64,000 nt of DNA from an uncultured delta proteobacterium (GTDB taxonomy: Bacteria > Myxococcota_A > UBA9160 > SZUA-336). How positions within the stretch are numbered: position 1 is the first letter of the stretch; every line of letters begins with the position of its first letter. The translations under genes and the position numbers were made by a program. Shown in pieces: positions 61,085 through 64,000 of the stretch. Location: NCBI GenBank assembly GCA_963704165.1, contig CAVPHD010000003.1, positions 320,001-384,000 of the forward strand, in the 5' to 3' direction. A model generated the notes under the pieces. The model saw only the letters and a program-made list of their open reading frames with translations, made no database searches and had not been told where the DNA came from.

Positions 61085-61496
61085 ATACCGGCACGTCGTC
61101 GGCTTCGAGGAGACCAACGTGGTCGGAAACGTCTACTACGCCAACCACGTGCGCTGGCAGGGGCGGGTCCGCGAGCTCTTCCTGCGCGAGCGCGCGCCCG
61201 AGATCCTCGACCTGATCCGAGAGGGCCTCGCGCTCGTCACGCTGCGCGTGAGCTGCGAGTACTACCGCGAGCTCGCCGCCTTCGACGAGATCTGCATCCG
61301 AATGCGATTGGCCGATCTATCGCCCCATCGCATGAGCCTGCTCTTCGAGTACTGGCGGGTCGGAGAGAGCGGCGAGGAGCTGGCCGCGCGCGGCGAGCAG
61401 GATCTCGCGTGCATGTGGCGGCGCAACGGCAAGACCGAGCCCGAGCCGTGGCCGGATTCCCTGCGCGAAGCGCTGCGACCCTATGCGGAGTCGTAG
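61071..61496 (+). CDS. E10: Enediyne hot-dog-fold thioesterase E10
   Basis: MRAFEYRHVVGFEETNVVGNVYYANHVRWQGR.RELFL. Overlaps the pksE stop. Confidence 0.94.
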   Translation: MRAFEYRHVVGFEETNVVGNVYYANHVRWQGRVRELFLRERAPEILDLIREGLALVTLRVSCEYYRELAAFDEICIRMRLADLSPHRMSLLFEYWRVGESGEELAARGEQDLACMWRRNGKTEPEPWPDSLREALRPYAES

Positions 61497-61505
61497 CCCG
61501 ACTCC

Positions 61506-64000
61506 ATGACGTGGATCTCGCAGAGGGCGCTCGACCGGCCGCGCGCGACGCTGATCGTCTGCGCCGTGCTCACGCTGGCGCTCGGCATCGGCGCGCTGCG
61601 GCTGGAGCTGCGCACCGACGGTCACGCACTCACGCCGGAGGGGCACCCGGTCGTGATGCGCGATGCCGAGGACCGCGTTCGCTTTCGCGACGCGCGCAAG
61701 GCGATCCTCGTGGCGCTCGCGCGCTCTCCGGAGCAGACGCTCGCCACGCCGCACGGCTTCCGCTTTCTCCGCGAGCTCCACGTTCGACTCGAGAGACTCG
61801 ACGTGCTCCGGTCGAGCGGGCTCGTCTCGCTCGCGGGCTTGCCCCGACTCACACGCGACGGCGGAACCGTCTCGGTCGGAACCTATCTCGACGCCATTCC
61901 AGAAGCGGACGACGGCTTCGAGGCGTGGCTCGCGACGCTCCGGTCACGCCCCCTCGTCGATGGCCTGCTGCTCGCGCGCGACGGACAGAGCGCCCTCTTC
62001 GTGCTGCCGCTCTCGGAAGCCACGAGCGCGGCGGAGGCGATCGGGAGCCTCGAGGCCTTCGCGGCCGGAGCTTCGACCGACGAATTCGAGCTGCTGCTCG
62101 GCGGCCCGCTCGTCGCCGAGACGAACCTGGGCGAGCAGGTGCTCTCCGACCTCGCGCTGCTGGTTCCCGGGATGGTGGTCGTGATCGCGGTCCTGCTGTT
62201 CTCGATGCTCGGCAGTCCCGGTGGCGTCCTGATTCCGCTGATCGAGACGGCGGTCGTGCTGATCGCGACGTTCGGCGCGATGGGCTGGGCCGGCGCACCA
62301 ATCGCGCTGGTCTCGACGATCCTCCCGGTCGTGCTGATGGCGACCTGCATCACCGACGAGGTGTACCTGCTCGAGCGCTTCGGCGCCCAGACCGGAACGG
62401 GCTCGCCGCGCGCGCGCGTCGAGGCGTCGCTGCGCGAGGTCGGGCGCCCGATCGTGCTGACGTCCCTCACCACCGCACTCGGCTTCCTCTCGTTCACCAG
62501 CGCGTCGATCGGACCGCTGCGCGATTTCGGGCTCTTCGCCACCTTCGGAATCCTGCTCGCGATGCTGCTGAGCTTCACGCTGATCCCCGCCTTGATCGTG
62601 CTGCTGCCCGTGCGGATCTTCGAGCCCGCCTCGTGGCGGACCGGAACGATCGGACAGGCTCGACTCGGGGCGTTCGCGGCCGGGCGCCCGGTCGTCTGCT
62701 TCGCGCTCGCGGTCGCGGCGCTCGCGCTCACGGTCCCGGGCATCCGCTCACTTCGAGTCAGTGATTCGTGGGTCGAGAACTTCGATCCCGAGTCCGAGCT
62801 GGTACGGGCCGATCGGCAAATCAATCGCTCGTTCTGGGGAAGCTATCGGCTCGACGTCGTGCTCGAGGCGGAGCCCGGCCGCTTCCACGACCCGTCGGGT
62901 GTCGCGCTCGTCGAGCGCGTCTGCGCGGTTTCCGAGAACGCGCCCCACGTCGGAGGCTGCGAGAGCCCGTACGTAGCCCTCGAGGAGCTGGCCCGAGTGA
63001 TGGATGCCGCAACACCTCTCTCCGCGCTGACGGCGGATCGGCTCTGGGATCTGTTCACGTTGTCGGAGCTTTCCGAGGGCCGCGCGCTCGACCCTTCGAT
63101 CAGCGCCTCGGCCGACGCCGCGCGCGTCCGGCTCTACGTGCGAAGCCCCGACTACGGGATGGCCCGCGAGCTGATGGACCATCTGGAAGGGGAGCTCGAG
63201 CCGATCCTCTCCGACACGGGCGTGCGCCATCACCTCGGCGGTGAGCTCGCCGTCACCTCGGCGCTCGTCGAGTCCATCGTCTACGACCAGCTGCGCTCGA
63301 TCGGCTGGGCGCTCTTCACCATCGCGCTGCTTCTGCTCGCATTCACCCGCCGCTTCCGGGCGTTGCTCGCGGTGGTTCCCGTCAGCGCGGCGAGCCTCGG
63401 GCTCTTCGGCGTCATGGGACTCGCCGGGATCACCCTTGGTGTCGCGACGAGCATGTTCGCGAGTCTGGCGGTCGGCGTCGGCGTCGATTTCGGCATTCAC
63501 TTCCTCCACCGCTATGACCGCGAGCGGCTCGCGGGGAGTGACTTCGCAGCCGCGATCCGAGCGACCTTCGACGTCACGGGCCGCGCGCTGCTCTGGAACG
63601 CGATCGTGCTGGTCGCCGGCTTCAGCGTGCTGATCGCATCGAGCTTGAAGCCGAATCACAGCCTCGGACTGCTTCTCGTCGGCGCCACCCTGGCGTGCTA
63701 TGGGGCGACGCTGCTCGGGCTTCCGCTGCTCTTGCGGCTCGGTGCCCGCGGGGCTGCGAAGAAGGCCGCGGGGCTCGTCGCGTGCCTGTGGATCGCCTTC
63801 GCACCGACTCGAGCAGCGAACGCCGCGGATCTGCCATGTGCCGGCCCCCCCGATCCCGAAGCCACCGCGTTGATGGCGCGTCTCGAGCAGACGCGCCGGG
63901 GTCAGGCGCGCATCGCGCGCATGCAGATCGAGACGATCTACCCGAAAGGCCACCGGCTCTCGGCGAGCTTCGCCGGCAAGATCGACGCGAAGACACTCTG
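61506..64000 (+). CDS. MMPL/RND-family transporter with probable C-terminal LolA-like fusion; partial (runs off window, absent from ORF track)
   Basis: Manual translation from ATG 61506, sampled at several points, stays in frame: MTWISQRALDRPRATLIV..., LLLGGPLVAETNLG, SLTTALGFLSF, VGVGVDFGIHF. After the last TM it continues as ...ATALMARLEQTRRGQARIARMQIETIY. Confidence 0.85.
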   Translation, partial: MTWISQRALDRPRATLIVCAVLTLALGIGALRLELRTDGHALTPEGHPVVMRDAEDRVRFRDARKAILVALARSPEQTLATPHGFRFLRELHVRLERLDVLRSSGLVSLAGLPRLTRDGGTVSVGTYLDAIPEADDGFEAWLATLRSRPLVDGLLLARDGQSALFVLPLSEATSAAEAIGSLEAFAAGASTDEFELLLGGPLVAETNLGEQVLSDLALLVPGMVVVIAVLLFSMLGSPGGVLIPLIETAVVLIATFGAMGWAGAPIALVSTILPVVLMATCITDEVYLLERFGAQTGTGSPRARVEASLREVGRPIVLTSLTTALGFLSFTSASIGPLRDFGLFATFGILLAMLLSFTLIPALIVLLPVRIFEPASWRTGTIGQARLGAFAAGRPVVCFALAVAALALTVPGIRSLRVSDSWVENFDPESELVRADRQINRSFWGSYRLDVVLEAEPGRFHDPSGVALVERVCAVSENAPHVGGCESPYVALEELARVMDAATPLSALTADRLWDLFTLSELSEGRALDPSISASADAARVRLYVRSPDYGMARELMDHLEGELEPILSDTGVRHHLGGELAVTSALVESIVYDQLRSIGWALFTIALLLLAFTRRFRALLAVVPVSAASLGLFGVMGLAGITLGVATSMFASLAVGVGVDFGIHFLHRYDRERLAGSDFAAAIRATFDVTGRALLWNAIVLVAGFSVLIASSLKPNHSLGLLLVGATLACYGATLLGLPLLLRLGARGAAKKAAGLVACLWIAFAPTRAANAADLPCAGPPDPEATALMARLEQTRRGQARIARMQIETIYPKGHRLSASFAGKIDAKTL

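Noticed and set aside
1..64000. rRNA, tRNA, IS/transposase, integrase, prophage
   Set aside because: None recognised by eye; short RNAs could be missed without covariance-model searches.

Overview
High-GC (about 70%) genomic window from a diderm bacterium, judged by its TonB receptor, LolA-like and outer-membrane barrel genes. A Myxococcota/deltaproteobacterial-type host is my inference from gene content, not a database result. Most of the window is lipid/acyl-CoA catabolism and housekeeping: DUF35 plus thiolase, paired acyl-CoA dehydrogenases, enoyl-CoA hydratase, MaoC, a BVMO, an HsaA-like oxygenase, nitroreductases, ilvD and DAHP synthase. Two loci stand out. (1) 51230-64000: a complete, tightly packed enediyne core cassette (E3-E4-E5-pksE-E10). 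It is followed directly by an MMPL transporter that appears fused to a LolA-like domain and is missing from the ORF track, and it is preceded by two tandem paralogous Cys-containing surface proteins with C-terminal sorting tails. (2) 14153-25969: a coupled operon of an asnB-like amidotransferase, an MMPL transporter fused to a PilZ-like barrel and a FeeM-like N-acyl amino acid synthase domain, and a PDZ/multi-TM/GAF histidine kinase. It has a divergent LolA-like plus DUF1302-like outer-membrane pair and a convergent hybrid kinase, making it a candidate make-export-sense lipid-amide system. Also present: a lower-GC GT4/B12-radical SAM/methyltransferase cassette, an esterase lacking its catalytic Ser, and an M35-like Cys-rich secreted protease. 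Many genes carry clustered single-base frameshifts that look like read/assembly errors rather than true pseudogenes. No rRNA, tRNA, CRISPR array or transposase was recognised. Family names come from motif recognition only; no searches were run.
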